Origin: Deferribacterales bacterium
Lineage (GTDB): Bacteria; Chrysiogenota; Deferribacteres; Deferribacterales; Geovibrionaceae
Direction: 5' to 3'
DNA length: 64,000 nt
Assembly (NCBI GenBank): GCA_050253075.1
Contig: JBFWJS010000007.1
Location: forward strand, 32,001 to 96,000
Under the pieces are notes generated by a model. That model had not been told where the DNA came from, did not search any database, and saw nothing but the letters and a program-made list of their open reading frames with translations. Of this stretch, positions 29,617 to 38,935 are shown one piece after another. Within the stretch, counting starts at the first letter, position 1. Every line of letters starts with the position of its first letter. The position numbers and the translations under genes were made by a program.

Positions 29617-30090
29617 ATGAAATACGGTTCAACAGCAATATTCACAAAAGATATTCAGGCATCCAGACATTTTTATTCTGAGCTTTTAGGGCTTTCTATC
29701 ATGATGGACAACGGAACCCACGTGGCATTCAACGGCGGTCTTAACATATGGGACATATCACAGGCGAATAATGTCATCTTCGGCGGTGCCCAACCAGAAC
29801 CTGCGGGGTATAAAATGGAGCTCTGCTTCGATTCAGAGGACGTGTCGGCAGATTATGAAAAAGCCCTTGAGAATGGCCTGAACATCCTCAATCCGCTGGC
29901 AGAACAGCCATGGGGGCAGCTACTTTTCAGAGTTTACGACCCGGACGGCACTATTGTAGAGATAGCAGAGAGCATATTCGATACATTCAGAAGACTGCAG
30001 ACCGAAGGGCTCAGCCTTGAGCAGATAAGCGCAAAAACATTTACATCCGTAGAGGATCTCAAGCGGTTTCTTTCTGTGGAAGATGCATAA
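29617..30090 (+). CDS. VOC/glyoxalase family protein
   Basis: SRHFYSELLGL and EQPWGQLLFRVYDPDGTIVEI motifs; AGGAGG RBS. Confidence 0.88.
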   Translation: MKYGSTAIFTKDIQASRHFYSELLGLSIMMDNGTHVAFNGGLNIWDISQANNVIFGGAQPEPAGYKMELCFDSEDVSADYEKALENGLNILNPLAEQPWGQLLFRVYDPDGTIVEIAESIFDTFRRLQTEGLSLEQISAKTFTSVEDLKRFLSVEDA

Positions 30091-30131
30091 AACGGATTCA
30101 ATCACGTGATATTTTGTGATAGAATCACCCC

Positions 30132-30953
30132 ATGAAAATAACGATAATATCCGACAACTATGTAGATGCAGCATGCCTTGTGGCGGAGCACGGCTTCTCA
30201 TGCCTTATAGAGACAGAGGGGAAGAAGATACTCTTCGACACCGGTCAGGGGAATGCTCTGCTGAACAACATGAAGCATCTGAATATAAAGAAAAATGTCG
30301 ACCTGCTCGTTTTCTCTCACGGTCACTATGACCATACCGGCGGTCTGACAAAATATTTCCATGAGCTTCTGGAATACACCGAAGAGGTCTATGCCAGCGA
30401 GCACATCTTCGACAAGCACAAGAAAAAGGTGAACGGCGGAAACTATGCATACATAGGCGTCCCCGGTGAACAGGCGTATATAGAAAGACATTACAACGTC
30501 CACTACAACACCGAAATGCGTGAGATACTGCCCAATGTCATCCTCTCGGGGCCGATAAAGAGATTTGAGGATTTTGACGCCGACGCTCTGCTTTATGTCA
30601 GGATAGATGATGAGTATCACAAGGATATGTTCCGAGACGAGCAATACGTCGTCGTCAGAGAAGAGAGCGGGATACACGTCATCACAGGATGCACCCACTG
30701 CGGAGCCGTGAACCTGCTAAAAGATGTCGCAGAAAAGTTCGAGGGCGAGCAGATACTTTCGCTTACGGGAGGACTGCACCTTTTCCGCTCGGATGAGGGA
30801 CAGGTGAAGCACGTCATAGATTATCTTAAGAGCGCAGACGTTAAAAAGATAAATACGGGGCACTGCACGGGGCTGGAGGCTGCCATGCAGATGCAGCAGG
30901 AGCTCGGCGACAGGGTCACCATCACAAAGGCGGGTTTGATCCTTTCTCTTTAG
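30132..30953 (+). CDS. MBL-fold metallo-hydrolase
   Basis: AEHGFS, LFDTG, SHGHYDHTGG, TGCTHCG, GGLHL and GHCTG motifs. Confidence 0.9.
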   Translation: MKITIISDNYVDAACLVAEHGFSCLIETEGKKILFDTGQGNALLNNMKHLNIKKNVDLLVFSHGHYDHTGGLTKYFHELLEYTEEVYASEHIFDKHKKKVNGGNYAYIGVPGEQAYIERHYNVHYNTEMREILPNVILSGPIKRFEDFDADALLYVRIDDEYHKDMFRDEQYVVVREESGIHVITGCTHCGAVNLLKDVAEKFEGEQILSLTGGLHLFRSDEGQVKHVIDYLKSADVKKINTGHCTGLEAAMQMQQELGDRVTITKAGLILSL

Positions 30954-31221
30954 ATTTCTCTTCGAATTTACGCATTATTATCTCTGCTTCCGTCGGCGGG
31001 TCTCGCTTTATCAGCTTTGAGCCTCCGCATTCGGCACAGACATTCTTTGTAAATATCAGCCATACAGTGCTCAGTATGATGGCGGGTACGCCTATCACGG
31101 TGCCGAAAAAGGGCACGATGGTGAAGAACATCGCAGATAATGTCAGCACTATGGCCGCATAGTAATTCTTCTTTGTCACATCCACCATTTTGTCGCAGTC
31201 TTTACACCATCTCTGAGCCAT
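30922..31221 (-). CDS. Small membrane protein with CxxC-TM-CxxC (LITAF-like zinc ribbon)
   Basis: AGGAG RBS; CKDC ... hydrophobic hairpin ... CAEC. Confidence 0.7.
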   Translation of the reverse strand: MAQRWCKDCDKMVDVTKKNYYAAIVLTLSAMFFTIVPFFGTVIGVPAIILSTVWLIFTKNVCAECGGSKLIKRDPPTEAEIIMRKFEEKSKEKGSNPPL

Positions 31222-31398
31222 AAGCACTCCTAACATATTAACTTCTAAGTGTCCACCCATGAAAGGATTATCAGCATTAAACATATGCGAAGTCGAAAAT
31301 ATCATACTATTCCGTCCATGAAGAGCATAGCACGCCTCCTGAAAAGTGCAGATACGGCGGGCTGCGACGGTGCGCCCGCCTCTTCAAAAGGGGATAAG

Positions 31399-31860
31399 AT
31401 GGAAAAGATAGTCGAACGCATAAAGATATTCGAAGGATACAGCGCAGAGCCATATATCTGTCCTGCGGGGAAATGGACAATAGGCTATGGGTATAACTAT
31501 CAGGACAGGGGCTTCAGAACAGAGGAAATAACCGAAATACTGAAAAATGGCTTTTCAGAAGGTCTCGCCTCGAAACTGACAGAAAGAGACGTCAGAGAGT
31601 GTATCAGGGCTCTCAGTAAGGTGTATCCGTTCTTTAATGAGCTTAACGAACCGAGACAGGCGGTGCTGACGGATATGGTCTATCAGCTCGGGATGACGGG
31701 ATTTCAGAAATTCAGGCGTATGCTTGGGGCTGTGCAGGCAGGCGATTTCGAAAAGGCAGGGGCTGAGATGCAGGACAGCCTGTGGTTTGAGCAGTCGGGC
31801 AGGCGCAGCAGGATAAATACAGAACAGATGAAAACAGGAGAATGGCAGGTGATAAAATGA
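31399..31860 (+). CDS. Phage-type lysozyme (T4-like, GH24 family)
   Basis: FEGYSAEPYICPAGKWTIGYG (E-x8-C-x5-T), RQAVLTDMVYQLG and EMQDSLW motifs. Confidence 0.88.
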   Translation: MEKIVERIKIFEGYSAEPYICPAGKWTIGYGYNYQDRGFRTEEITEILKNGFSEGLASKLTERDVRECIRALSKVYPFFNELNEPRQAVLTDMVYQLGMTGFQKFRRMLGAVQAGDFEKAGAEMQDSLWFEQSGRRSRINTEQMKTGEWQVIK

Positions 31861-32036
31861 TAGCAATGCTTACAAACGTATTTACGGCAGTAGCGGGGAA
31901 GTTCCTTGCGGCGGTATTCACCGAAAGGCTGATATCAAAGCTGATAATAGAGCTTATGCGCTCGCTGGTGAAAAAGACGACGAACACCATAGACGACGGT
32001 CTCGTGGAAGAGGTCGCCTCTAATATGCAGCTATAG
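31857..32036 (+). CDS. Small phage-like amphipathic protein (possible holin/lysis accessory)
   Basis: ATGA-coupled to the lysozyme; 59 aa with hydrophobic N-half and KKTTNTIDD. Confidence 0.6.
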   Translation: MIAMLTNVFTAVAGKFLAAVFTERLISKLIIELMRSLVKKTTNTIDDGLVEEVASNMQL

Positions 32037-32061
32037 GCTGTACGTCTCGGGCGGTGCCTAT

Positions 32062-32793
32062 CTATTTGAATTCGGTCATATATTTACGGTATCGCCCGGG
32101 GACATGCTGCTGCTGCAGTTTCAGATTTTCCCTCTCTTTGATGGATATGCTTTTAAAGAAAACCTTCCACAGCTTCCGGTATTCCTCCTCCGTTCCGCTC
32201 TGCACCTTTTCCCCCGTGAGTTCCGCACCTTCGGATATCTGTAATTTCCCAGCCGAGTGGCTCAGCAGTTTTTTTCTTCTGGTGTCATAGATCATCCAGT
32301 CATCTTCCTTCGGCATCCTTGCGCTGAAGTGCTTCCCCAGCATATGCAGTATGTCCGCATCGGGGGATATCTCTGAGAAGTACACGCCTTCGTTCAGCTC
32401 CTCAAACCTCACGAATTCGAGCATCCTGTGCCGCTCGTTCACAGTCTTTCGGGCATATTTCAAGACAGCCGATACATGTGGTTTATCCACCTGTTCCAGT
32501 ATTTTTTTATTCCTGTAATAGTCTGCCATGCAGTTCGCAAGGTGGACAAGGTGTTCGTTTGTGTCGTCATACAGCCATGCCAGAGCGAATGTGCTGAGGG
32601 TTTTGCCTATGTATCTCTTTGCTTTTTCCGCCAGTTCGCCTTCGGTGGCTATGTGTATGACATCTTCGAAAAGCACAGGCTGATAATCCGTATCTTCTAT
32701 GAAAACCCTGTCTGCGTCCTCTCTGCTTTTGAATATGTTCACCGACATGCAGACTAGTCCCTCGAATGATCCGTCGAATATGTATGTTCTCAT
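32062..32793 (-). CDS. TIGR03915/DUF4130 putative DNA repair protein
   Basis: FDGSFEGL, ERHRMLEFVRF, HFSARM, WMIYD and LWKVFFKSISIKEREN motifs. Confidence 0.88.
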   Translation of the reverse strand: MRTYIFDGSFEGLVCMSVNIFKSREDADRVFIEDTDYQPVLFEDVIHIATEGELAEKAKRYIGKTLSTFALAWLYDDTNEHLVHLANCMADYYRNKKILEQVDKPHVSAVLKYARKTVNERHRMLEFVRFEELNEGVYFSEISPDADILHMLGKHFSARMPKEDDWMIYDTRRKKLLSHSAGKLQISEGAELTGEKVQSGTEEEYRKLWKVFFKSISIKERENLKLQQQHVPGRYRKYMTEFK

Positions 32794-34028
32794 ACCTCAC
32801 CTATGACGGTGGACAACAGCTCAGGGATAGTGACGGCGGGGCGCATATGCTTATCTGTTATTTCGGCTTTCAGAGCTGTTTCGATATCTTCCCGCTGATA
32901 GGGGATGTTGTCCATGGCGCTGCCGTATCTGAATTTAAGGAAATATCTGGCACGCTTGAGTGATATGTTCATCTTTTTCAGATGTTCGAGGCGCAGATAA
33001 GTATGTTTCCTCGCCATAAGTATCTTTAGTACGCCCTTTTGCCCGATGCCGGGGATGCGCATAAGGAGCTCTTTATCAGCGTAGTTCACATCCACGGGGA
33101 ATGTATCGAGGCTGTCCAGAGCCCAGACCGTCTTCGGGTCGAGGTGCAGGTCAAGGTGTTCTCTGTTTTTAAATATCTCAGACTGGGTGAATCCGTAAAA
33201 GCGAATCAGCCAGTCCGCCTGATAGAGTCTGTGTTCCCTCACCAGAGGCGGTTTTGTCACAGCGGGCAGATTTTTTTCATTATTCACGGGGATGTATGCA
33301 CTGTAGTAGAATCTGTTCAGGTATTTATTTCCGTAGAGCGACTCTGCCAGCTTTATTATCTGCGAGTCGGTCTCGGGGGATGCGCCGACTATTATCTGAC
33401 TGCTCATCATAGGTCTGGCGTTTTCATTCTTTTCCAATGTGAATGTCTTCACCTCTTTGAATGAGGTAATGATGTCTTCCTTCTTTTTCTCAGGAGCTAG
33501 TTTACGCAGGCTTTCAGAGGAGGGGAGCTCGATATTGCTGCTGACCCTGTCGGCGAGGGCTGTAATCTCCCTGATCAGCTTTTCCGATGAACCTGCGATG
33601 AGCTTTACGTGGATGTATCCGTGATACCCGTGCTCGTACCGCAGTATCTTCAGAGTGCGGATGAGCAGCTCCATGGTGTAGTCGGCATTTCTTATTATCC
33701 CCGAACTGAGGAAGAGACCTTCTATATAGTTCCTTTTATAAAAATTAACGACAAGCCCCGCCAGCTCTTCGGGGGTGAAGGATGCTCTGGGGATGTCGTT
33801 CGTTACACGGTTTCTGCAATAGGCGCAGTCGTATATGCATGCGTTGGTGAACAGCACTTTCAAAAGCGAGATACACCGTCCGTCGGCAGACCATGTGTGG
33901 CACACTCCGCTCAGCACGGATTTGCCGAAACCGTTCCCTTTCGCAGTGCGGGATGATCCGCTGCTGCTGCAGGACACGTCATACTTTGCGGCATCTGCCA
34001 GTATCTCCAGCTTTTTAAAAATATCCAT
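32790..34028 (-). CDS. TIGR03916 putative DNA modification/repair radical SAM protein
   Basis: KLEILADAAKYDVSC, DGRCISLLK, CIYDCAYC and REHRLYQADWL motifs; HhH RIPGIG. Confidence 0.92.
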   Translation of the reverse strand: MDIFKKLEILADAAKYDVSCSSSGSSRTAKGNGFGKSVLSGVCHTWSADGRCISLLKVLFTNACIYDCAYCRNRVTNDIPRASFTPEELAGLVVNFYKRNYIEGLFLSSGIIRNADYTMELLIRTLKILRYEHGYHGYIHVKLIAGSSEKLIREITALADRVSSNIELPSSESLRKLAPEKKKEDIITSFKEVKTFTLEKNENARPMMSSQIIVGASPETDSQIIKLAESLYGNKYLNRFYYSAYIPVNNEKNLPAVTKPPLVREHRLYQADWLIRFYGFTQSEIFKNREHLDLHLDPKTVWALDSLDTFPVDVNYADKELLMRIPGIGQKGVLKILMARKHTYLRLEHLKKMNISLKRARYFLKFRYGSAMDNIPYQREDIETALKAEITDKHMRPAVTIPELLSTVIGEV

Positions 34029-34043
34029 ACTACACCAAACAGG

Positions 34044-34095
34044 CGAACAAGAGTTTGCTTTTTCTAAATATAATTGATTCCAATGTGATAGTCAA
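34044..34095 (-). promoter_or_regulatory. Sigma70 promoter with LexA (Cheo-type) box
   Basis: Minus-strand TTGACT(34095-34090)-N17-TATATT(34072-34067); CGAAC-AAGA-GTTTG at 34044-34057. Confidence 0.65.
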
Positions 34096-34195
34096 ATCTT
34101 ATTAGGAGATTGATAATTCGGAATGTATTGATTTGTTATTTTATTAACGAAACTTTTATAGTAGGATAAATGATAAACATACAAAGGTATTAAGC

Positions 34196-35413
34196 GTGAA
34201 TACACTCATAGTCGGCTCAAACTATCTGGCTCTTAATTTTTACAGCAGTTTCTTCGAAATGATGGGGCTCGAAAACGAACACTACACATCCATTCAGGTG
34301 GGGCTGAAACGCCTTACGCTGAATCCTGATATAGTCAACGTTGTCATACTGATAGACAACAAAGACGACTTCGCAAACTATACAAGACAGCAGCATGCGC
34401 TCGACACAAAGCAGTATCACATAATCTTCATATGCAAAAGCGAAGAGCTGATGAGCATGGTGGCGGGCAGGGGTGTGCTGGTCTTCAACCATAAAGAAGT
34501 GATAGAATACCTCGCAAAGCCTCTGGTAAAGCATGAGATATGCGCTGCGAGCATTCTGGGCGGAGCGAAAAAGATAAGACCCGAAGAGACGCTGAAACAC
34601 ATCCAGAACATGCTTATCAAAAACAAGATAACACTGCCGATAAAGAACGAGTGCGCCATGCGTATGATGTCTATTCTGGAGGACGACAATGTCTCCTTCA
34701 AGACTATAGACCAGATATCAAAATCCGACCCTGTGCTTCACTCGGGTATTATAAAGATGGCAAACTCTGTCTATTTCAGCGGAGCTTTCAGCAATGTCAC
34801 TGACCTTGAAAAGGCTCTGGTGCGTGTGGGCACCGCAAATGTTAAGACATACCTTATCAACTATGTGAACAAGTCGCTCGCTTCAAACAAAGACCTCATC
34901 TTTACCGAAGAGATCAATGAGTGTGTGGACAGCTCTCTTATGACGGCGTCCCTTTGCTTTGCCATGGCGGAGACGTTCAAGGTATCATCACCGGTGACAA
35001 TGTTTTCCATCGGGCTGATGAGCAGCATGGGAGAGATCTTCATGTATGCTGCTCTGTCGGATTATTTCGCCGCATCTGAATTTGACCGTTCCACAATGGG
35101 CGACTACATACTGCTGACAAAGAATGCGGGGCTTATGATAGGGTCAAAACTGCTTCAGAAATGGAAGATGGCTGACGACTATGTTATGCCTATCGCAAGC
35201 ACAAAGAGCCTGTCAGCCAATAAATTTATGAAAGAGACGAGGATACTGCACCTCGCTCTGAATATGCACGAATACGTCAAAACAAAGCAGATAGACGCAA
35301 ACCTTGAGAGCGCCATGAGCAACACTCAGGTACAGATAAGTCTGCCCGCTCTGGAAAAGATAGATCAGGATGCCGCAAAGCACCTCAGCATTATCAAGTC
35401 TGTGCTGAGCTAG
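34196..35413 (+). CDS. HDOD domain protein
   Basis: SKSDPVLHSGIIKMANSVYF..EKALVRVG; LLQKWKM; degenerate REC-like N-terminus. Confidence 0.8.
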   Translation: MNTLIVGSNYLALNFYSSFFEMMGLENEHYTSIQVGLKRLTLNPDIVNVVILIDNKDDFANYTRQQHALDTKQYHIIFICKSEELMSMVAGRGVLVFNHKEVIEYLAKPLVKHEICAASILGGAKKIRPEETLKHIQNMLIKNKITLPIKNECAMRMMSILEDDNVSFKTIDQISKSDPVLHSGIIKMANSVYFSGAFSNVTDLEKALVRVGTANVKTYLINYVNKSLASNKDLIFTEEINECVDSSLMTASLCFAMAETFKVSSPVTMFSIGLMSSMGEIFMYAALSDYFAASEFDRSTMGDYILLTKNAGLMIGSKLLQKWKMADDYVMPIASTKSLSANKFMKETRILHLALNMHEYVKTKQIDANLESAMSNTQVQISLPALEKIDQDAAKHLSIIKSVLS

Positions 35414-35613
35414 CCCTTTCTTATCTCTGTGACAGTCTTTCCGCCTATGCCGTAGCTGTCGGTATCGACTTCGTTTATGGTTATCACCATAGTTTTTTCC
35501 CCTCTGCCGAATGTATCGACAAATACCTTTGTGAAGCCTTCGATGAGAGCCTTTTTCTGTTCGGGTGTTGCGCCCCCGTCCTCTTTTGTCATTATCAGGT
35601 TAAGTAACGGCAT
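35410..35613 (-). CDS. 4-oxalocrotonate tautomerase family protein
   Basis: N-terminal Pro; ATPEQKKALI and EVDTDSYGIGG motifs. Confidence 0.88.
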   Translation of the reverse strand: MPLLNLIMTKEDGGATPEQKKALIEGFTKVFVDTFGRGEKTMVITINEVDTDSYGIGGKTVTEIRKG

Positions 35614-36742
35614 GGTGTTCTCCTTTTTTTATTATGAATGTTATCAGCCCGCCGAGAGCCGCCGCAGATGCCGCCATCAAAACAGGCAGGTCGAACCCCC
35701 CTGTGCTGTAGGCTATATATCCGGCGATCAGCGGACCTATCATCTGTCCTATGCTGAAGAAAACTGTCAATACTGATGTAGTTGTTCCGCCGGGGCTTAT
35801 CTGTCTGCCGTATGCCAGCGTTAACGATACTATCCCGAGGAATGTACCTCCGAAACCGACAGCGCCGAGCATTGTCGGCGTCAGCCCGCTGAATACCACA
35901 GGCAGTGCTATGGATACCGCCTGCATGGCAAAGGCGTATATCATGGCGTTTGCCACCCCTGTACGTTTCGCCAGCATAGCCCATAGCGGTGTTATAAGGA
36001 CTGCTCCCAGCCCTGCTATTACCCAGACATACCCTGAAAGCATAACGGAGCCTGTGCCCCTCAGCACTATCACAGACATAAATGTACCGGTGATAATGTA
36101 GCCCGCACCTTCCAGAAGATATGCTGCTGAGAGCAGATATATTAATCTATTTACGTTTTTAGACGTTTTCGGCACGTCTCTGCCTGCCGTATGGGGCTTC
36201 GGCGTGAGAAAGACTGCAAAGAAGGCGGGAAGCAGGCTAAGACCTGCGAGCCACAGCCAGATCTCTGATGAATTAAAGTATTTTGAAAGGATGGGAACAG
36301 TGAGACCCGAAAGGACCATCCCCCCGCCGATTCCGCTGTATATCATACCGCCGAGCTGAGGCCTCTGCAGCCTAGCCAGATAGTCCATGATGAACTCTGC
36401 ACTCATTACAAATACAACTGCGGATAAAAATCCCGATATAAACCGCACAGTATACCAGAGAGGATATGAGTGAATATACATAACCCCCACCAGCAAGAGG
36501 CTGAGCGGTATTGATGCTATGAAAAACGGATAGGCACGCTTTGTCACCGACAGATATCTGGCATAAAATGCACCGAGCAGATATCCCAGATAGTTCACTG
36601 ATGCCAGAGCACCCGAGACAGTGTCCGAAAAGTGAAAGTCCCCCTGCATAAGCGGGAGTATAGGGGTGAATGCGAACCTCGCAACGCCCATAGCCAGAAA
36701 GAGTGCCGATGCACCGCCGAGCAGTGCCAGTAATATTTTCAT
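35600..36742 (-). CDS. YbfB/YjiJ family MFS transporter
   Basis: AMGVARFAFTPILPLM, NYLGYLLGA and GYIITGTF motifs. Confidence 0.9.
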   Translation of the reverse strand: MKILLALLGGASALFLAMGVARFAFTPILPLMQGDFHFSDTVSGALASVNYLGYLLGAFYARYLSVTKRAYPFFIASIPLSLLLVGVMYIHSYPLWYTVRFISGFLSAVVFVMSAEFIMDYLARLQRPQLGGMIYSGIGGGMVLSGLTVPILSKYFNSSEIWLWLAGLSLLPAFFAVFLTPKPHTAGRDVPKTSKNVNRLIYLLSAAYLLEGAGYIITGTFMSVIVLRGTGSVMLSGYVWVIAGLGAVLITPLWAMLAKRTGVANAMIYAFAMQAVSIALPVVFSGLTPTMLGAVGFGGTFLGIVSLTLAYGRQISPGGTTTSVLTVFFSIGQMIGPLIAGYIAYSTGGFDLPVLMAASAAALGGLITFIIKKGEHHAVT

Positions 36743-36801
36743 ATTGATATTATATGCGGTTAATATATTATTACAAATGAAAATAAATGAACTAAAACAT
36801 C

Positions 36802-37662
36802 ATGGATAGTGATATGGACTCATCATTGTTAAAGGTATTTGTTGCTGTGGAGGCCGAAGGGAGCTTTTCAGGAGCCGCCAAGAGGCTTCATTATGTCCAG
36901 TCGAACATCACGGCACGCATCAAACAGCTCGAAGACAGCATAGGCAGACAGCTCTTTCACCGAAAGCCCAGAGGGGTTGCGCTCACCGTTGCGGGGGAAG
37001 TTTTGCTCCCCCATGCGAAGGAGATAGTAAAGAGGATGGAGGATGCGGAGCTCGCCATGAAGAACCTCGGTGATGTGGCAGGCAGGATACGCATAGGGTC
37101 GATAGAATCCAATGTCGCCGTGCGCCTGACGCCTCTGCTGGTGGATCTGCATCAGAAATATCCTAAGGTGGATTTTCAGCTGTATACAGGGACGACACAG
37201 CAGGTGCTGGAAGAGCTTCTGGACTATCAGCTCGACATCGCCTTTGTCAGCGGTGTGCCTTCGCATCCTGATATAGAGGTGCTGAAGGTCATCCCTGAGA
37301 AGATGGTTCTGGTAGAGCCCGCCGACGGCATTGTCCCCGATGTGGTGATAACTTTTAAAAGAGGATGCACTTACAAAGCCTTCCTCGATGACATCATGCT
37401 CGAAAGGGGCGTGGCGGAATACCGTGTGATGGAGTTCGGCAGTCTGGACACTATCCTCGGCTGTGTGGCAGCGGGGATGGGGCGGACACTGCTCCCTATG
37501 AAGGTGGTGGAGCAGGTGGCAGACATGAGCGCCGTGCGTGTGGTGAGCCTGACCAAAGAGCAGGAGAATATCCCGACATGCCTCATATGCCGAAAGGATG
37601 CCAGACCTGCATTTGAGATAAATATGTTCGACATGGCGGAAGAAACCGCATTGACTAAATAA
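36802..37662 (+). CDS. LysR family regulator (divergent from MFS)
   Basis: GSFSGAAKRLHYVQSNITARIKQLE; alternative start at 36814. Confidence 0.93.
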   Translation: MDSDMDSSLLKVFVAVEAEGSFSGAAKRLHYVQSNITARIKQLEDSIGRQLFHRKPRGVALTVAGEVLLPHAKEIVKRMEDAELAMKNLGDVAGRIRIGSIESNVAVRLTPLLVDLHQKYPKVDFQLYTGTTQQVLEELLDYQLDIAFVSGVPSHPDIEVLKVIPEKMVLVEPADGIVPDVVITFKRGCTYKAFLDDIMLERGVAEYRVMEFGSLDTILGCVAAGMGRTLLPMKVVEQVADMSAVRVVSLTKEQENIPTCLICRKDARPAFEINMFDMAEETALTK

Positions 37663-37811
37663 ATATACGCCTGTATTTTTATAAAAAACACATGGAGTTT
37701 TTTTGAAACTTACATCTCTTAAAAAAGCCTTTGTCTCCGTCCCGTAGGCACTCATAAGTGTCTTGCGGGCTTAATATCACTTGAATAAGTAATATTAGGA
37801 GGCGTTCAATA
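37651..37811 (+). promoter_or_regulatory. Promoter and structured 5' leader with short ORF upstream of rsgA
   Basis: TTGACT-N17-TATTTT; GGAG + TTG ORF at 37703-37747; hairpins at 37741-37769 and 37770-37799; GTCTCC (37733-37738) can pair with GGAGGC (37798-37803). Confidence 0.55.
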
Positions 37812-38813
37812 ATGGATCTATCAATCGGACGCATTATATTTGCGTCCAGAAACAGCTACACAGTTTTAACAAAAGAAAATAAAGAATACTTCTCTGTCAT
37901 AACAGGCTCTTTTATGCGTGAGAGCGACACTATGCCCGCTGTTGGGGACTATGTCGTTTTCTCTCCCAATAATGACGGCGACAGTAAGATAGTCGAGATT
38001 CTCCCCAGAGACAGTGTCCTCAGCCGTAAAAAGACGGGGAAGGAATTCAAAGAACACGTATTGGCGGCAAATGCCGACTATCTCTTTATAATCAATGCGA
38101 TGGACAGCACATTCAGCAAAAGACGCATAGAGCGTTTTCTCGTTTTGGCTGGAGCAGGCGGTGTTCAGCCTGTGATCATACTGTCAAAGGCCGATGCATG
38201 CAGTCCTGTGGATATGGCTGTCTACCTCATCGAGGCAGAAGAGGTCGCAGGCGGTGCAGAGGTCATAGAGGTCAGCTCTGTGACGGGTATGGGGATACCA
38301 CGACTGGAGGAGCTTCTTCAGGAGAATAAGACGGCAGTGGTCGCAGGGCTCTCAGGAGCGGGGAAATCTACCCTTGTGAACCGTCTGGCGGGTTATGACG
38401 TCCGTAAGACTGCGCAGGTGCGTGCGTTTGACGATAAGGGCAGACACTGCACCACAGACAGGCATATGTTCCGCACATTGTCGGGGGCGATGATCATCGA
38501 CACCCCCGGGATACGTGAGGTAGGCATGTCCGGCGATGTGGAGGCTGTGGAAGATGTTTTTACAGAGATAGCAGACTATGCCGAAGGGTGCTTCTTTGCT
38601 GATTGTACCCACACCCACGAGCCATCCTGTGCCGTGCGAAAGGCTGTGGAAGAGGGCGGAATAAAGCCAGAGAGATATGAAAGCTATCTGAAACTGCGTG
38701 CAGAGAGCGAAAATTACCGCATGAGGACAGAAGCCCCCGAAGAGGTAAAACGGGCGGGAAAACGCCTGAGCAAACTCGTCCGCTCTGTAAATAAGCAGAA
38801 AAAGCGGTTTTAA
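37812..38813 (+). CDS. rsgA: Ribosome small subunit-dependent GTPase A
   Basis: PAVGD, circularly permuted SKAD..GLSGAGKSTL..GRHCTT..DTPG, and CFFADCTHTHEPSC zinc finger. Confidence 0.92.
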   Translation: MDLSIGRIIFASRNSYTVLTKENKEYFSVITGSFMRESDTMPAVGDYVVFSPNNDGDSKIVEILPRDSVLSRKKTGKEFKEHVLAANADYLFIINAMDSTFSKRRIERFLVLAGAGGVQPVIILSKADACSPVDMAVYLIEAEEVAGGAEVIEVSSVTGMGIPRLEELLQENKTAVVAGLSGAGKSTLVNRLAGYDVRKTAQVRAFDDKGRHCTTDRHMFRTLSGAMIIDTPGIREVGMSGDVEAVEDVFTEIADYAEGCFFADCTHTHEPSCAVRKAVEEGGIKPERYESYLKLRAESENYRMRTEAPEEVKRAGKRLSKLVRSVNKQKKRF

Positions 38814-38935
38814 TAAATTTATGAATTGAATTTAATCGGACTGTAACTATCCTATATAAGTAGGCCGCACATTTAGTATGATAATTTGTTTGCAAATTAA
38901 GCTAAGGTGTGGCTTATTTATATCAGGAGTTCATA

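Noticed and set aside
31249..31398. 50-aa N-terminal extension (possible SAR/signal) of the lysozyme
   Set aside because: The extension is not hydrophobic and spans a GC hairpin. ATG 31399 has an AAGGGG RBS and matches the usual domain start.
30922..34028. Intact prophage or defence island
   Set aside because: There are no integrase, capsid, tail or recognisable defence genes, and no att repeats were seen.
36868..37755. 295-aa antisense ORF over the LysR gene
   Set aside because: It has no recognisable motifs; long antisense frames are a common by-product of codon bias.
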